Assembly (NCBI GenBank): GCA_046563655.1
Contig: CM102290.1
Coordinates: 4,836,001 to 4,900,000, forward strand
From: Yuukianura sp. NJ FZ-2021
Taxonomy: Eukaryota
DNA: 64,000 nt
Reading direction: 5' to 3'
Made by a program: the position numbers and the translations under genes. Under the pieces are notes generated by a model. It searched no databases. It worked only from the letters and a program-made list of their open reading frames with translations, and was not told the DNA's origin. This document shows, piece after piece, positions 24,301 through 39,300 of the stretch; position 1 is the first letter of the stretch; every line of letters starts with the position of its first letter.

Positions 24301-27300
24301 AGCAGCACCAGCGGCCCACGGAATTGAACAATTTCTTTTTCTTTCTCCAAACCCCTAAGGCACCTTCCTCCTATTTCTATTTCGGATTTGGACGACTTTT
24401 AATACTCAAAACTATGTTTGTCTCGGATCATCTCGAAACAACAACAAACAAAATCCTATACGCTTAAAAAACACTCTAGCATCCAGCGATATTGAAATTT
24501 GAATTTGCGGCATTCTAAATTGAATTTACAATTCTATCTACAATTTCGAACTGCTGAAGAATCCACGACTCACCTTCCAAAACCTGTACAAAAAACGTGT
24601 AAGAAGAAAGAGAAAGTTCTGGAAAGTGTCCGCGACTATTGGAGTTGCCGTTGACAAATATCTGGTCAATTGGGAGGACATTCAGTGGGTAGTGAGTAAA
24701 TCCTAATGAACCGGGCTGACGGATGGGTTGGGAATCAAAGTTTTGGGAGAGATGTATGGGCTGATAATGGTAGAAAGTGAATGTGGCAGTTAGGTTAGGT
24801 TAGGTGACTAGGGTTTAGGAGAAAGTGGACATTGAGAGATTGGAGACAGGGCGACTAGTGCGGGAAAAGCACGGCCACAGTGTCCCCCTTCCGTTAAAAG
24901 ACTAATCTTCTCTATTTCTCATTTGATTAGCCTCGTCCTAATGAGAACACTTCAACCACATCCCTCTCCCTTTCATTCTCCTTCGAAAGGTCACCGTGGC
25001 ACGAGATTCCGCAGTGAAACATCTTCTTAGAAACAAGAAACTTCTGGCCAATGGTCTCTCCAACTGCAAATTACGTATTAGGACGAAAGGACGATGGTTT
25101 GACCAAAAATAGTGCTGAAGAGAAATGAAGAGCAAAATTCACCGCCCAACAAATTGGAAAAAAAAAACTAGAGCCCGTGAACACAATAGAACTTAAAAGG
25201 TCATCTTTGAAAATCGCTTGGAAATGATGGAAATGGAAATGAAATGAAGGAGCGACGCAGGAACTGCGGGGAGAAGATGTTAGGTTATTATTACCCTACT
25301 ATCACATTAGTTTTTACAATAGACTAAAGCACGATTTCGAGATTAATAGAATTCAGAATGAAATGTAGAAACCAAAAAAAAGTCATTAGTTTTTCCTAAT
25401 TCAAAGTTCAAAAATGTTTATGAGGGGAAAGTGAAAGTCTGGCCTTAGAAAAGTTGTCTATTTTAAATAGGAGATTTGTAGGGTAACTCCGCCTAGTCCC
25501 TATCGGTTAAGTTATGCAGAGTGCACTTTCGAAGTTTGATTGGAAATTTGGTTTAAAAAGACCTCCGGCGGAACTATGCGTGGATTGTGTCGAGTATTTT
25601 CCAATCTTGAGCTTTAGGAAAGTTCAAGTTTGAACTTATGTTTAGAATCTTTGAAGTTTTTGGACTTGTGAATTAGTGTGCTGAAGGCTAATGTGTTTTC
25701 CCCCTCTTTGTACTACACTCTCTGGTTCGATGGAAATCGCAGAGTAAGTTGAAAAGGAATACTTTGTCGAGGGAGCCTCCTGTATAAAAATATGATGTGG
25801 AGTGATGATTTATGGAAATCGTTAAAAGTCCTGTAGCCCTTCTTTTTGGAATTCGGAGTGGTGGTGGCCTTTCTCCTTTGGATTTGGCTTGGGAAAGTAA
25901 GTTTTGGTGGAAACAAAGACGGGGGAAGAATCTGAGGAGGCAATAATTCTGGCCGTCAGAAGCAGAAGATCGTTAGAGTCAAGAGAGACACAGTTCTCCA
26001 CTCCGCCCCTTTCAAGTCCCTCTTCCTGGAAAATGGAATTGAATACAAGACCACATTATTTCAAAGGGAACCTCAAGAACAAAGGGTCCCCCCACCCAGG
26101 CCACCGCTCGACACAACCCGCAGCAGCCTAAACGACACAACTCTCACTTTCACTCCCTTCTCCCTAGGTTGAGGCCTCAAGTGAAAGTTCTAACGGACCA
26201 TCGTGGACGTCGTCACCGTGCACATCGGAGGAGGGCTAGAGGGCTCGGAAACACTAGTGCCAAGTACCTATTAAGAACAGGGTTCGTTCCAGGAACCTGG
26301 TGATGATGTAAATAACTTCATCTCGACACATTTCCGTCCAGCCTTATCTCCTTTATGGGACATTAGGCCATGATCAACTGATCACTCTCCGCTTTCCGCA
26401 CCCTACAACGCTTTTGAAATGGCCCATTATCCATTAAACCCAATCCAATTCACTCCTTGGCTTCCCACTTCCATTCCCTCCTACTCTCCCAGTTGTAGCA
26501 ATGACTCAAAAATTACTATCAAATCTATGAGATCCACCAAAACTAATTACAAGTGACGAGAACATTCAAATGACAATGCTTAATCATCCTTGACAAGAGA
26601 TAGGAAATGGAATGACAAGGGAGACAAAAGTGGTGCTTTCACTTAGAGCACAGCCACACTATCCCTACCACACACTAACATAGAGCCACACCAAGTGCAT
26701 TCCAACCAACATAGACTCTATGGGGGCGTACTCAGAAAGATTGCGAAGCGTTAGCTTGTTAAGCTCATCTTTCTCGTGGCCTTACAGTGGTGTTTTGGAG
26801 GAACAGAGTCACACACATTAACCTTATGAGGGGAATAAATCAGGACTCCCGAATTTTCCCTGGAGTCTGTGGATATCAATTTGTTAAAGTTTCATCAAGA
26901 TGTCACTTTGGATCTTGTGTGCTAAGCCATTTTGAGCCTCTGTTTTGTTGGAATGCTTTCCCTTAAAGTGGAATGTGGGGAGAAAGTATTGTTTGGCGGG
27001 ATGAGAGTTGACAGGCGGATGTGTGGAGGAGGTTTCGCCTGCGACTTCTTCCGACTCCACCGAACGACCAAACGACCGACTTCCCACAACACTGTCAAAG
27101 AGATTGAAAATGGACGACGTGGAAAGGCGGGAAAGGAAATTCATGAAATTGATAGAACTTGTTGTCGCTTTCTCATAAATAAGAGCATCCTCATTCAACC
27201 ATAGTCACTAACTTCTGGCCCATCCCGCTCCTCTTCGATATTAAAGGAGAGATAAATTGACCGAATGATTTTGAGTCGAACTTTGCAAGACGACAGGTCA

Positions 27301-30300
27301 TACATTCTTCCGAGATCGGATCGTAAAAGACGACCCAACTACTAACCTAAGCCAAACCATCTCTTCTTTCCAGTATAACCGGTCCACTCGGCTCACCGAT
27401 CCGATTCGCTTGATGGAACCTTTGTTGAGACCTCAAGATGTCAAGCGACATTTCAAATCTCGCTGTCACGAAATCCTTTCCAACATTTTCCAGTGGACAT
27501 CAATGACATCAAATCAAATCGATTTTCCTCAGTCAGCCTTTTCACGTTGTCCGGCGATTGAACTGAGCATAGAAAAAGAAGCACTTACAGGACAGGACAA
27601 ACGTTTCTGGATGTTTGCCAGTTTCAAGTCGATTCAAATTGAAATTTGTTCACATTTATTGTAGAGCCTACCTCAAATTTTAACAACCCAGCACTCAATT
27701 ATATCAATGAGTCCAGACTGCTCATGCGCAGTTCATTTTTCGGTCTGCGGTAGATTCTAATTCCAAAAATCCAAAGTCTTAAGAACGTAGTATTTTCTTG
27801 AAAAGAGCAAAACTTTTGTTTTTGAAGTCCAAAACCTAACTTTGCTAATCGTAAGTACGAATCAGTTTGCAGGAATTAAAAGTATATTTTAAAAAGACCT
27901 CAGGAAATACTATACAGAAACCAACGGAAGAAAGCGCCTTCATTTTCGTTTTTTTTTTCCCATCGGGCAACTTTCACTCCTCTGCAAGGAAAAAAAAACA
28001 AGAAACAGCCACAAAGACACGCTTTTCTTCCGGCAAAAAAAAAGCTGAACATAGAAGAAGAGCATTCGTGTTTTTTCCTGTAAAAAAACGGAGAAAAAGT
28101 TTGGCTTTAGGAATAAAAGGAAAAAAAAAGTGATGTGCGTGCCGTATCTGGCATTTCACTGGATATTTTTTCAGTAAGGTTTCAAAAGACGTAAAGCACT
28201 CATTTCATGCCTTGAACTTGAGTTTTTTTTAAATATGGAAGAAAGGAGCCAAAGAACTTAATAAAAGAAGAAGAAGAAGATGGCAAAACTCACTTTTTCA
28301 GTTCCTTTACATTTGAAACTCTCGAATTTTTTTCTTTAGTCGAGGCTATATTGAAAACTTATCTCGAATGACTGGTTGGTTGATTCGCAACGCTCTTATG
28401 GAGAAAGAAGGACTTTTCCATGTTTTCCGTTCGTCACCCTTAATTGAATTCAGCTAAATGGTAACGGAGCGAAGGATTCGCGCCCTTTGTAAAAGTACGT
28501 TTAAAAGTAGCGTTGGACTCCGTGCTTTACATGAAACGGAAATCCACTACTGTCATCTGTCACATTCCTTCAATTTTGTGTTACTCAGCCTAGAATCCTG
28601 TATAACATATCTCAGCAGAAAAAGATTTTGAATTTTGGCAGTCACGGGAGAAAAGAGCACTGAAAAAATTGTGACGCAGAACAACTAAAGCCTGTTTCCT
28701 ACTAGCTGAGAAAAAGAAACTGTGAGTACTTAAGTCCCCGTGCCGTTTTGTTCCCAGAGGTTTCCCTGCCAAATCCAAAGGGAAATTTTCCTTCCGTTTC
28801 AAACCCAAAACTTTCACCCACTCAGATTCGCATTCCAGGAAGGAAAACCGTAGAATTTTGTTGGATTCTGCAATTCCGATGCGGAGGAGCAGACAGAGAA
28901 AGTTGGAGAAAGTATTTGATCACAAATCGTTAGTCCCATCATAGCATAACATCAACCAACGCCTTTTGCAAAGACTCACAAAGTCCGAACAATAGGGCCG
29001 TTTTAGTTCCAACTTCCGGTAGACACTATCCTCCACCTACCTTGAACTTAACTCACTTTCTCCCAAGCTCAAGCTTAACTCTAAGTCATAAACGTGTAAA
29101 CAAATGTATGGGCGTTGGTTCACAATCAGAAAAAAAATATGATGACCATGCCAAGCGGCAATTCATAAAAATTGAGGAAATTGATAAAATACGCTCCCTA
29201 CTGCGACGAAGCATTGTGCTAAAGCGGGGATTTACGAAGCAAATCGATTTTCAGTGAACATTTTTCTCAAAAGGCCAATTTAAAGGAAACGCGAATGTGT
29301 AATTTATTTTTATTTCACCGTTCTTGAGTAACTTGCGCCAAAAATCAAGCAATGAAAACGTTCAAAGCAAAAAATGTGAAACCTCAGAGTGTTGCTGCTC
29401 TTGAAAATTAGGAATTCGTAATCACATGGAAAAGTTAGTTAATCGTTCAGATTTTAAAGCTTTTAAAGCTAATTAATGCTTGTTACAGTATAATTTCATG
29501 GGGTGATCTGTCAAGATTTCTATTTGATATATTTCGGGCTTTCTTGCGGAAGTATAATTCCGTTCTAGGGCCAAGATTTAGAAATTAATCCAGTCCAAAT
29601 GCATTTTATCGCCAATTCAGCAAAGTAAAAAGGAAGGGAGAGAGTGGGTCACATTTTGGCAGAAGGAAGTAAAAGTGTGTGGCATGGTGGTGGGTATTTG
29701 GGATTGAGAACTGCATTCGTAATCACAGCAGGAAGTTCTTGGGGCTACGAAAGCCCAAGACTTTCTTCCCAAGAAGTCCCTCTAAATCCCTACTAAAACT
29801 CTGCCAGGAACGGAGGGAAAAAGACCAAAAGTAGAGAAGATGTGCCAAGAAATGTCCATCCAAAACCAAAGCCACACCCAAAGTACTTGGATTTGCCAGG
29901 AGGGCTACTAACCATAAGGTACCCGCACCTTTCCTAAAGCCACCTCCAGTCGTACGTACTCAAAGGCCTAACCAAAAGGATCTTTCCATATTCGCCACAT
30001 CAGCATTAAATGCACTCACTTTTCTTCGTCTTCTTTTTTTTTCCACCAAACCGTCGTCGTCGTCAGATGCCCCTGAACCAATTTTTTCCTTGTCTAGTGA
30101 CTCCGCCAAAAAATGAAATAAAATGGTTCTAAAAAAAGACAAAAGAGAAAAATCTGGACAAGCGAATTGATGAATTTGGAAGTCTGAGAAAGAAAATCCA
30201 ATGAAAAAAGACAGAAAAGAGCAAAGGACTTTTTCATCCGTTTTCTATTGAAACGAGCTGAAGTGGTTTAGCCAAATCCAGCTTCAGTAGAAGATGGGTT

Positions 30301-33300
30301 GTGGATGTAAACAATCGAGAAAGTGAAACATGGGATGTCATCCAGTTCCTTCCATATAGCCTCTGGATAAATTGAAATTCATATTGAGCCACCACTGTGT
30401 CTCTGTCACTAGCGAGACCCACAAAAAAAAACTTTCTTTTAGCCAAAGTTTCTGGTTTGTAGTTACTGTTAGGTTCGGCAGCGGAGTCCTTCCAGTTTGA
30501 TATTTTCAGGGGAGAGGACTTGTGTGGGCGGATTCCTTGTGGTTACTTTATGTCACTAATCAATTCTCACCTTTTCATCAAGTCCTTTATGGTCCCTTCA
30601 CATGAGATTCATAAAACCAAAACTAATTTCTAGAAAGTTCAAAATTGAGCCCCATTGTACCTTGAGTAGAAGTCTGTTTTTCCATCCTAGTAGTTACCAA
30701 GATCCAGTGAGATCTAAATGGTCTAACCGCCCAACTCCCATTCAAAGATTTACTGCGTCAAGAGGTCAAAGGAACTCCACCTAAAATTCCCTAAAATCTC
30801 AACTAAAACTTCCAGGTATCTCAGTACATAGTTCGATCCAGAGAAAGCTTGGACGCCATTTTGATAACCTAGCAAAACCCTACGTAACATATAAGCGCAT
30901 TGCGCTATCCTCATTTTTGGCCAATCTTACAAGTCGAGCTCCACCTTTGGCGTTTTTTTTATTAAAAAAAACAGGGCAATGTCGGTTTTCGTTTTAGGTT
31001 AAAAACATGGGAAGCATTTTGAACTCATCAGCTCAGTGCGGAAATGGACGGTGGTGTCAATAGAATTTCTATAATGTTTTTGTATGGTTTCACTTTCATT
31101 CAGACTGTGGAACCAGAACATCCGTTTTCAAGAAAAATTTCCTCAGATACTTTTTGCGGAGAGAAGTTTGATGAACTGGGGAGCCTTTTTTTGCCTCAGG
31201 TGAAGCTTCGACACAATCAGATATGAGAAGACTGGCTTTCACGGCCATCTCTGTCAATTTAAAGCCCTTTGAGGCCCTTTGGATCCATTATGACTTCCGT
31301 CTTGATCACTCTAGCATTATTGACGAGGCTCCATGTCCAGCATTTGGTCCGGAGTAACGGAAAGAAAGCAAAAAGTAGACGAAAGGCAATTCACAAAAGT
31401 ATTGGTTACAAGCGAGGCAGCGACAGCACTCCCACTGGAACCTGAGACAATCCATTTTCTTCAGCCTTGTTTTCTAAACCATCCAACCCACATTCAATCG
31501 ACCAATGTCTCGAAATACTCAAAATGAAAAAAAAACGCAGAGGAGCTGGAACTTTTATATACAAAGCATTTGTGAGTTACTTCTCTTTCTAGATTCAAAG
31601 TTCACAGTAAAGGTCAAACAGGAACCTCAAAGACGCAATTCTTCATTCGTAGGACGTTTCCAACTTTTGCTGGTTCGGTACATCCTAAATGGGCCGAAAT
31701 GGTGTTCCAGAGATACCCTATGCCTAGTCTGCACTAGACATCCCACACCATACATCCCTCCCTTACACACTCGGCACGGAAACATGAAAAAGTATCACTT
31801 TAGTATCCGAAAAACTTTGTTTTATTTCCCGGACAAAATAGAGAAAAGTGATCTCTCCTGAAGCTTAGATCCGACTAGGAAAGACTTTTCTTTCATATTC
31901 CAAGTACTTATCGCCTGTTCAAAAAGAAGTTTTTACTTAAGTTGGGATGAGTAATGGATTCGCTCTTTACTGTCTTCTAGTACAGCCCTACTCAAACTTT
32001 AGCGTCCTAGACAAAGTTTTTTTTTCTCAAACGAGTCATAACGGGATGCTGGATACGAAATTCATCACAAATTCCAGACATCCGGACTTTTTGTTGAATT
32101 ATAACGTAATAGCCAAGAGAAAGCAAACATCATCGCATTGAAAGCAAAAATTTCAGTGCCGAACTTTTCTTGACACCAATTCTAAAAAATAAAGCAACAA
32201 CAAAAATTGGAAAGTGTCAAACCGAATTTAAAATTTCTCGACGTCGAAAATGTTTTGTAAACTCAAATTTTTCGACACAACCCTTTTTTGTTACCCTTCA
32301 CTGCTTGAGATGATTAATAACATTTTCAAACGTTTTTCGACGCAAGAATTTTGAAAGGGCTCCAAATTTTTTTTACATTGACTTGGGGAAAGTTTTCAAA
32401 AAAAAAAAAAAGATGTCAAAGCACACTTTTTTTCTCCAGACACCTACCTAAACTCATTTGAACGCCATAAAACGTGAAAACAACATTAAATTTTTGAAGT
32501 ATCAAACCGGAACTAAAATTTTTCTACCTCCAAAATATTTTTTTTTTTATAAATTTTGAAAAAAAAATCGCCGTTTTGGCATATTTTTCATGGAAAAAAT
32601 ATTTTCACTCGTCAAAAGGTTCCAGTCAAATCTTAATTTTGTTAACCTGCTGATGCTTACAAAAATCTCAGAATGTGATATCATTGATTGCATACACTTT
32701 TAGACAAACGAACTTTAGGAGTTATAGTCACTCCTACAGAACTATGAGTATTGTAGTGTAAAATATTATAAGTAAGGGATTTTGAAGCCAGTGTGCTAAC
32801 GAGATTTTGTCTATAGTGGAATTAAGAATTGAAATAAAAATTTGGAAAGACGTTTCTGGAAACGGAATTTAGGAATACAAGAACTCATTGTATTCATTTT
32901 TCATTGTTATTGGACTTTTAGTTGGAAAGAGAGGCTGGCAGTTGCCTTTTGAATCGCTTTGATTCCAAGTCCTTGGAATGAAAGAGAAAGCTCAGCAGAG
33001 CCGTATTAGGGAAGATGCCTCTTTATTTTTATTTTGTCAAGTGTCATGGACCGAGAGAAAGGAAGACAAAACAAAATCCATTCTTCCACCCAGGCCTTTG
33101 TGCTTTCTAGTTTTCCCTTAGCCTCTAACACAATCTTACTCATCCCAACTTATTCGCTCATGAAAAGGAGAAAATTATTGGGATTCGAGATGAAAGCGTT
33201 TACAGAAATCACAACTAAGGCTCTCCTTCATGTGATTTCCTCCCTACTACGTACAAAACGACTACGGAATGACACAGTGGAACTGTTCTGCCGTGAGTAG

Positions 33301-36300
33301 TACCTTTAGATACGGAGGTTGCCATGTTCAAGTGGGTGGCTCAACTGTCAAGGGAGAGCGGGACTTCCAAGGAAGATGGATGTGAAGTTCATTTCATTTG
33401 GTGTCTGCGGGGTGGACATAATAGTGAGCAAGGTTTTCTTCTAATCAACTTCTCCCTCTTCAACCCATTTCGAGGTCAAAGAGCATTTAGTTCCACGTCA
33501 GCCTCAAAATGACTCTCTTAAAAGTGCCTACTGAGGTTTAAGCAACTCTCCGAACCTCACAATCTATTCAGGAGTATCTAACACAACCCAACTAAACAAA
33601 TACAACCGTTTAAAATGTCACACAAACGGAAAACATGAAGCACAAAAAGACTTTTTGGAACCGTAAGCTTCATGTACATACTCATAAGCATGCTCAAGCA
33701 ACACGAAATTTTTAAAGTTCTCGCGAAAACTTGAATAAAAAAAAAACTTAAACAAAACATCCTGAAGCCGAAATGTCCTTATAACACAAATTTCGTGTCA
33801 ACTTTGAAAAAATATACGGAGAAAAAAGTTGTTAACAGAATGTCTCATATTTGAAAATTAGCAAAAGAACCATATACTCTGCATGAGTATAAAAAAACCA
33901 AAGGTCAAAGGGCAGCATCGTTTCTCGTTATTACGTTTCCAATCCAGCAGAAGCCAAGAGTCACTTTCTTTCAAAATTTCAAAATTCCAATTCCCAAGAC
34001 GTTAGAGACCTGCATGGTCCTAAAGTTTTTGAAAAAAGACGAAAACCTAAGAGAAAATATAAGAGAGGATGAGGGAAGTCAACTAAAAGTTTATGAATCC
34101 GGATGATGAGATTTTTTTTTCTTTTAGAAATGAGAAAGAGGAGACTAATTGAGAAAAAGTGAAAGCAAAAGAGAAAGTGAATGCCGGTGGGAGGAGTGTT
34201 CGTTTAGAAAGAGAAAAAAAAATCCGTTAAAACGAAAAAAATATTCGATCACAGCCGCTTCTCTTTTAGTTTTACTTTTTCAAAAGTGGCTTTTGGCTCG
34301 TCCTTTAGTTGCCATTTTACCCAATCTCATAAGATTTTTATTCATACGCTCAACTTTTTTTTTCTCTGAAAAAGTTAAGAAAGAGGCTAAGTCAAACTTT
34401 GTTTCAATTCCAGTTCCCATTTTCTTCCTTCCTAAAAACCTACAAGGTTCACTGGCTCAAATTCCAGAATTTTTGTTCAGAAAAGTAATGAAGAAACTGG
34501 AGGAGGTTTAAATGAAAAAAAAAAATGAAAAGAAAAAATCATATTTATAAGCCTATACAATGAGTAACACAAAATCCTTAAGAAAAGCAATTCAAAAAAA
34601 TCCGAACTTCCGTGCTGCTTGTCTAATGCTTTCAGCATCATTCAGCACCGAAACACTTTCCAGCGGCGTAAATTAAAAACACAAAAAGAACTCAATAGCT
34701 ATGCACACAATCAGTTTCTAGAAAACTTTTCCTTTTCTCTTTTTGAATTTTCCTGGAGGAAAAAAAAACGGAAACTTTTTCTCTTCTTCTGTTCTAATTA
34801 AGACATTTTCTCGTCAAGAGCATTTTCCGTCCAAAGTGGAACAATTTAAGATCCTAAACTAAGGAAATGGAGTCTCCGTAATTATGATGAATGAGAAACT
34901 GTGGTGGCCAGGCCACTACATCTTATGAGGCGGGAAGCAGCGCGTTCTTTCCGTTCCCAACTGCCGTGAACGTTACACTAGTCATTTGGAAAATGACGAT
35001 GACAGTCGAAAGTTTCCGCTCAAAATTTTGAATTCTCGTCACTTCCGCTCACTATACTGATTTGTCTTGATTGCGTAATTAACGTTATGAGAGCTCCTTA
35101 GTCTAGTCATTTTCTCTACTTATATAAGCTGATTCCCAAGAGCACTAGGCGATTAAGGCTTAACGTTCTAAACTTAATTTCCTCTTCTAAACATCTTTCC
35201 TCCTGCATCAGGATCTCCTACGCAGCCTTTCTTCAAGCTTTAAGAAGATTCCAAAAATCGGAAATCATTAAGAGCCCCAGGGGAAGATTTAAAAGTGTAA
35301 TGGCGTTGCAAAATGTTCCACTTGAAACCTAATGCGACACTTATTACCTTTTAACAGACGCAAAAATCAACGTAAACTACCAAGTGACAACATTATTGGA
35401 CAAAGTTGTGCGGAGGCAATTCACTGATGAGAAGGAACTTGCTTTTAGCCCAAAACGTCTAAAACAAAAAAAGTATAAAACGCGGGTTTTCAAAAGATTT
35501 GATCTAAGCTTGAAAACCTTAAAAGACTTTTGAGGTTTGTAATCTCTTACAGCTTTCACTTTGTGTTAAAGGCTCTTCAATTATCAAGTCATGGACTTCA
35601 ACCCCGTGGGTTTCATTCAAAGTTTGAAGTTCTTAGCCCACGCGTTCTCAGGGTTCCGGACCATTGTGAGTCCCTGGAGGCGGAAACTTGTGAAAAGTTT
35701 TAACATGAGGTAGGATATGATGACTGGTGTTATTGAATTCAGCACTAACCTTGCTTAGAGGTAGTGCCTAATGATTTCTTGTCTCCAGAAACCCACCACT
35801 ACCACTACCGTAGCCTATCTTTCGTGCATAATAAGGGGAAGTGTGCGATTTCTAAGAGAAAGTTTGGAGACATCAAGGAAGGGGCGGTGCGTCTCGTTTC
35901 TTCCGCCACGTCGACTACTCTAAGACTTGGAGCACAAGGGAACGACGTTGTCGTCATTTTCCTTTTCTCTTACGGAAAGTTGGAAGCGGCATGGAAATGT
36001 TGTTCCTGAAGATGCCTAATCGTCTGGTAGGGATCTCTGACTTGAGAATGATAAATACGTCCAAGAGGAAGCTCTTTTCTGACTATTTTTAAGAAGATGC
36101 TGCCTACTGTAGTCGTTCCAACCAACACTTTCTTTTCCCGAGCTTCCATACTTTCCCATGAAAGGAAAATGCTACTCTCTCTCTACCCAACCAGGCTCAA
36201 ACTGATAATTTATTTTTTCATCTTCCGAATTCCTTATGAAATTTCACTGTCACTTTCTCCCTCCTGATCTCATTTGCAGTTAAGCGCGTTCTCATAAACG

Positions 36301-39300
36301 CTACGCTCCTCACTTGTGTTGCTTCCAAAAAAAAAGAGGTTAGAGTAGACTATGATTCTAAAGGATCTCCAAAAATTGTAAAGCAAAAGAGAAGCGACCT
36401 TCGAGTTATTACAATGGCAACATTGAAGGAGAAGAAGGACATGGTTGTGGAAAATTCCTTTTCCGCCCTTTAATAACCACAAGTAAAAATAAAAAATTCA
36501 ACACGAGTTCTGCTAATGGTTTCCGTTGGCACTGGAATTCTTTTGTGCGGCTGGAACGGTTGGAAAGATTTTGATTTATTTGCAGAAGCCTTAACTTTGT
36601 GCCTCAGCGGAGCGAGATGGATGATCATAATCAGCAGGGACAGAACCCGCGTTCGGATATACGTCTCTACCACATACAAAGTTTACAACCAAGAACCCAC
36701 TTCAAAGACCTCATAATCAAATGGAGGAAAACTAGCGGGTGACAAATATTGAAATTTTTAGTGCTGAAACCTCACAATTTTTTCCGTGATTGTGCTCCCC
36801 TCCTCCTCGTCCAAGTCCCTCCGCCCTATTTAGATCTCAAATCTTGAGGAATTTTCCAAGTGGGTCCTTGGAGGTGGTGAATTGGACTTGAAGTGGTTGG
36901 TGAAGCGAAGAGGGAGCGGTGTGGTTTAAGTGCCATTGTCACCCCTTGCTCTTCCCTTATGAATGTACAGAAAAGATGCGGGCGTCATCAACATCTTGCT
37001 GACATGAACATTTCAAAATGCCAAAAAAGAAACTTTCGAGAGAGATAAAGGGCTCCTCAGAGGACTTTTTTTTTACTCCACTGAATTGGAATTCACGCAT
37101 CTCCATCATTGCTTGGATTTTACACGGAAGAGGACTGACATTGGGCCGTGGAGGCTTCAGAGGCCCTGCAGCCGTAGACATACCTCTAAAATCCCGTGGC
37201 TCACATTTATGAACCCTTTGCTCCAGTAGACTACGTTATGAAGGACCTTAGAAGTTGAGGGAGCAGTGCGGATGTTCCCTGGAAGCTCAAGTCCTTTTGG
37301 CATAATATCGCTGTCTTCCACACTCCTTCCATTCATTCATTCACAATTCTGATTTATGCTCATCACTTCTGTCAAACCTTCTTCCGTCGTTTTCCCTACT
37401 ACGACTTAGGAATTAATACGACAGAGAAAGCAAGCGAAACGAGATTAGACTCAGGTTGAAAGACTCTGCTCTCCTGACTTTCTCAACTTTTGCACAGATT
37501 TCAAGCCTTGTCACACTCTCCAACCCCATTTTTCAAAAGAAAAGTCGAAAATCAAAATTTTAGAAAGTCTCTCAAAAAATAGAAAGAGTTGACACACCCG
37601 TTTTTCAAAATTGAAAATTTCTAAACATAAAAATATACAACCTAATCTTACAACCACAATCCTTCGTACGTTAATGTTTCTCTGTTCAGTAAGACGTTGC
37701 AAAAATGACCACTCAACACTGTGGGAACAACGCTGTTTGCTTCACAAAATCGCAAGATTAGAAAATGATATACTGCCAAACTTAAATCGGGAGTCACCTT
37801 CATTCAGCCCAGGCTTTGAAATGATGTTTTCTAGTATAAAATCATTCCTCCCCCGATTGCTTCTCTCAACAAAAGGTTAACCCATTTCCCCATTCTTCGA
37901 AACTAACATTACCACGAAACACTGTGCCACTCGTGTGAAAGTTTGTTGCTGGCACTGGAATGTACTGCCTGGGACCTAGCACCACCGTTTGCTTTCCCAG
38001 GTCAAACGAGAGAAAGTTTTTGGAAAGTGTTTAGGAAGAAGTAGGACAGGTAGAGAGACTTGAGGTCTCGAATGGTCCTTGTCGCTACCTTTCTCCACCG
38101 TCTCCATCGCCTGCTGGGAAGCCATTTTAATGGAAGTAGATTTTGAATCTTCCTCCAGGAACCTACGTGATAAGAACAAGAAAAAAGCCATTTCCCAGGC
38201 TACACCCAGCAGCATGCCAGTTCTTCCAGGGCATGACCTACCAAAAAGAAAAAGGTGACAAAATCTATATGGATGGGAACCAGGGAAAGCGTGGTCTATT
38301 TGCATCTACGACCTCCTTTATATCTCCGGCGGCGAGGCTATCACCTCTCCCCGCCTCGAGTTGAACAAAAAAGAAAAGAATGCAGTGGTGATTTCTTTGG
38401 AAAAGCAGTGTGGAGCCCCTTTAACTTTGGTTATACAGATTAGATTAAATGGCAATTCTTGGAAAATGAGGCGAAGAAGGGAACCTCTGGAGCTACTGCC
38501 AGTAGTTCTGTGATGGTGGACGGGAAGTTGCGAGTGGGGAAGTGAAGAGGGCCAATTCCTCCGACTACGGGGAAAGTACTGTGTCAGATCCCGCGGAAAG
38601 AGCCCCAAGCCTCTTCTCTCCGCTTTTCGTTTCCTTTGAAAACACTAATGCCCAAATTTTATTTCCGGTTCAATAACCCGGAAACCCTGCGATAAGAACG
38701 TGTACGAATTTATCACCTAGTCCACGTGAAACATGCTTTACCTCACTGTGCAAGACGACCAAGACCCTGCCACCCTGGCACGTCGGCACACTCAAAGGCT
38801 TCCCTTTCTCCCACAAGAACACAGGCCAAAGTTTGAGCCACCTACACCCCATGTTCCTTGTGACGAACCTTTAGCTCTCCTCACTGGTTCCTCCATTACA
38901 AAACTTTCTCCTCTGGGAAAAATTTTTGAGACAAAACTACGTTTCACTCCAAGAGTTTTGAAACAATCTCCAATTTTGAGTTAAAAAGTCAATAGTATAA
39001 AAAATTATGCTCAATAGTAAAAATTTGGTATTCATACTAGGTCATTTGTCAGCTCTTTTGGAAGCAAACTTAGAAAGTACGGGTTTTTAAAAATTCAAAA
39101 TAACCTTACCTACCTGCTAAAGACAGGTTTTTAGTAAAGACAAGAAGCACCCTGTGGTTGTAGTGGTAGAAAGCAGGGAAAGGAATAAGGATTTAGGATG
39201 CTTACCTTGAAGATGTCGAGAGACGAATTTATTTTCCGATTCAGAGTTACGACTGCATCAGGGAGGTCAAAAGATGCATTTTTTCAGCCATTGGGCCTTG

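Noticed and set aside
24790..24804. (TTAGG)3 telomere-like repeat, also at 57646-57659
   Set aside because: Three units or fewer; not a credible interstitial telomere array.
27410..27664. ORF with EILSNIFQW resembling an F-box motif
   Set aside because: Match too short and nothing else supports a gene.
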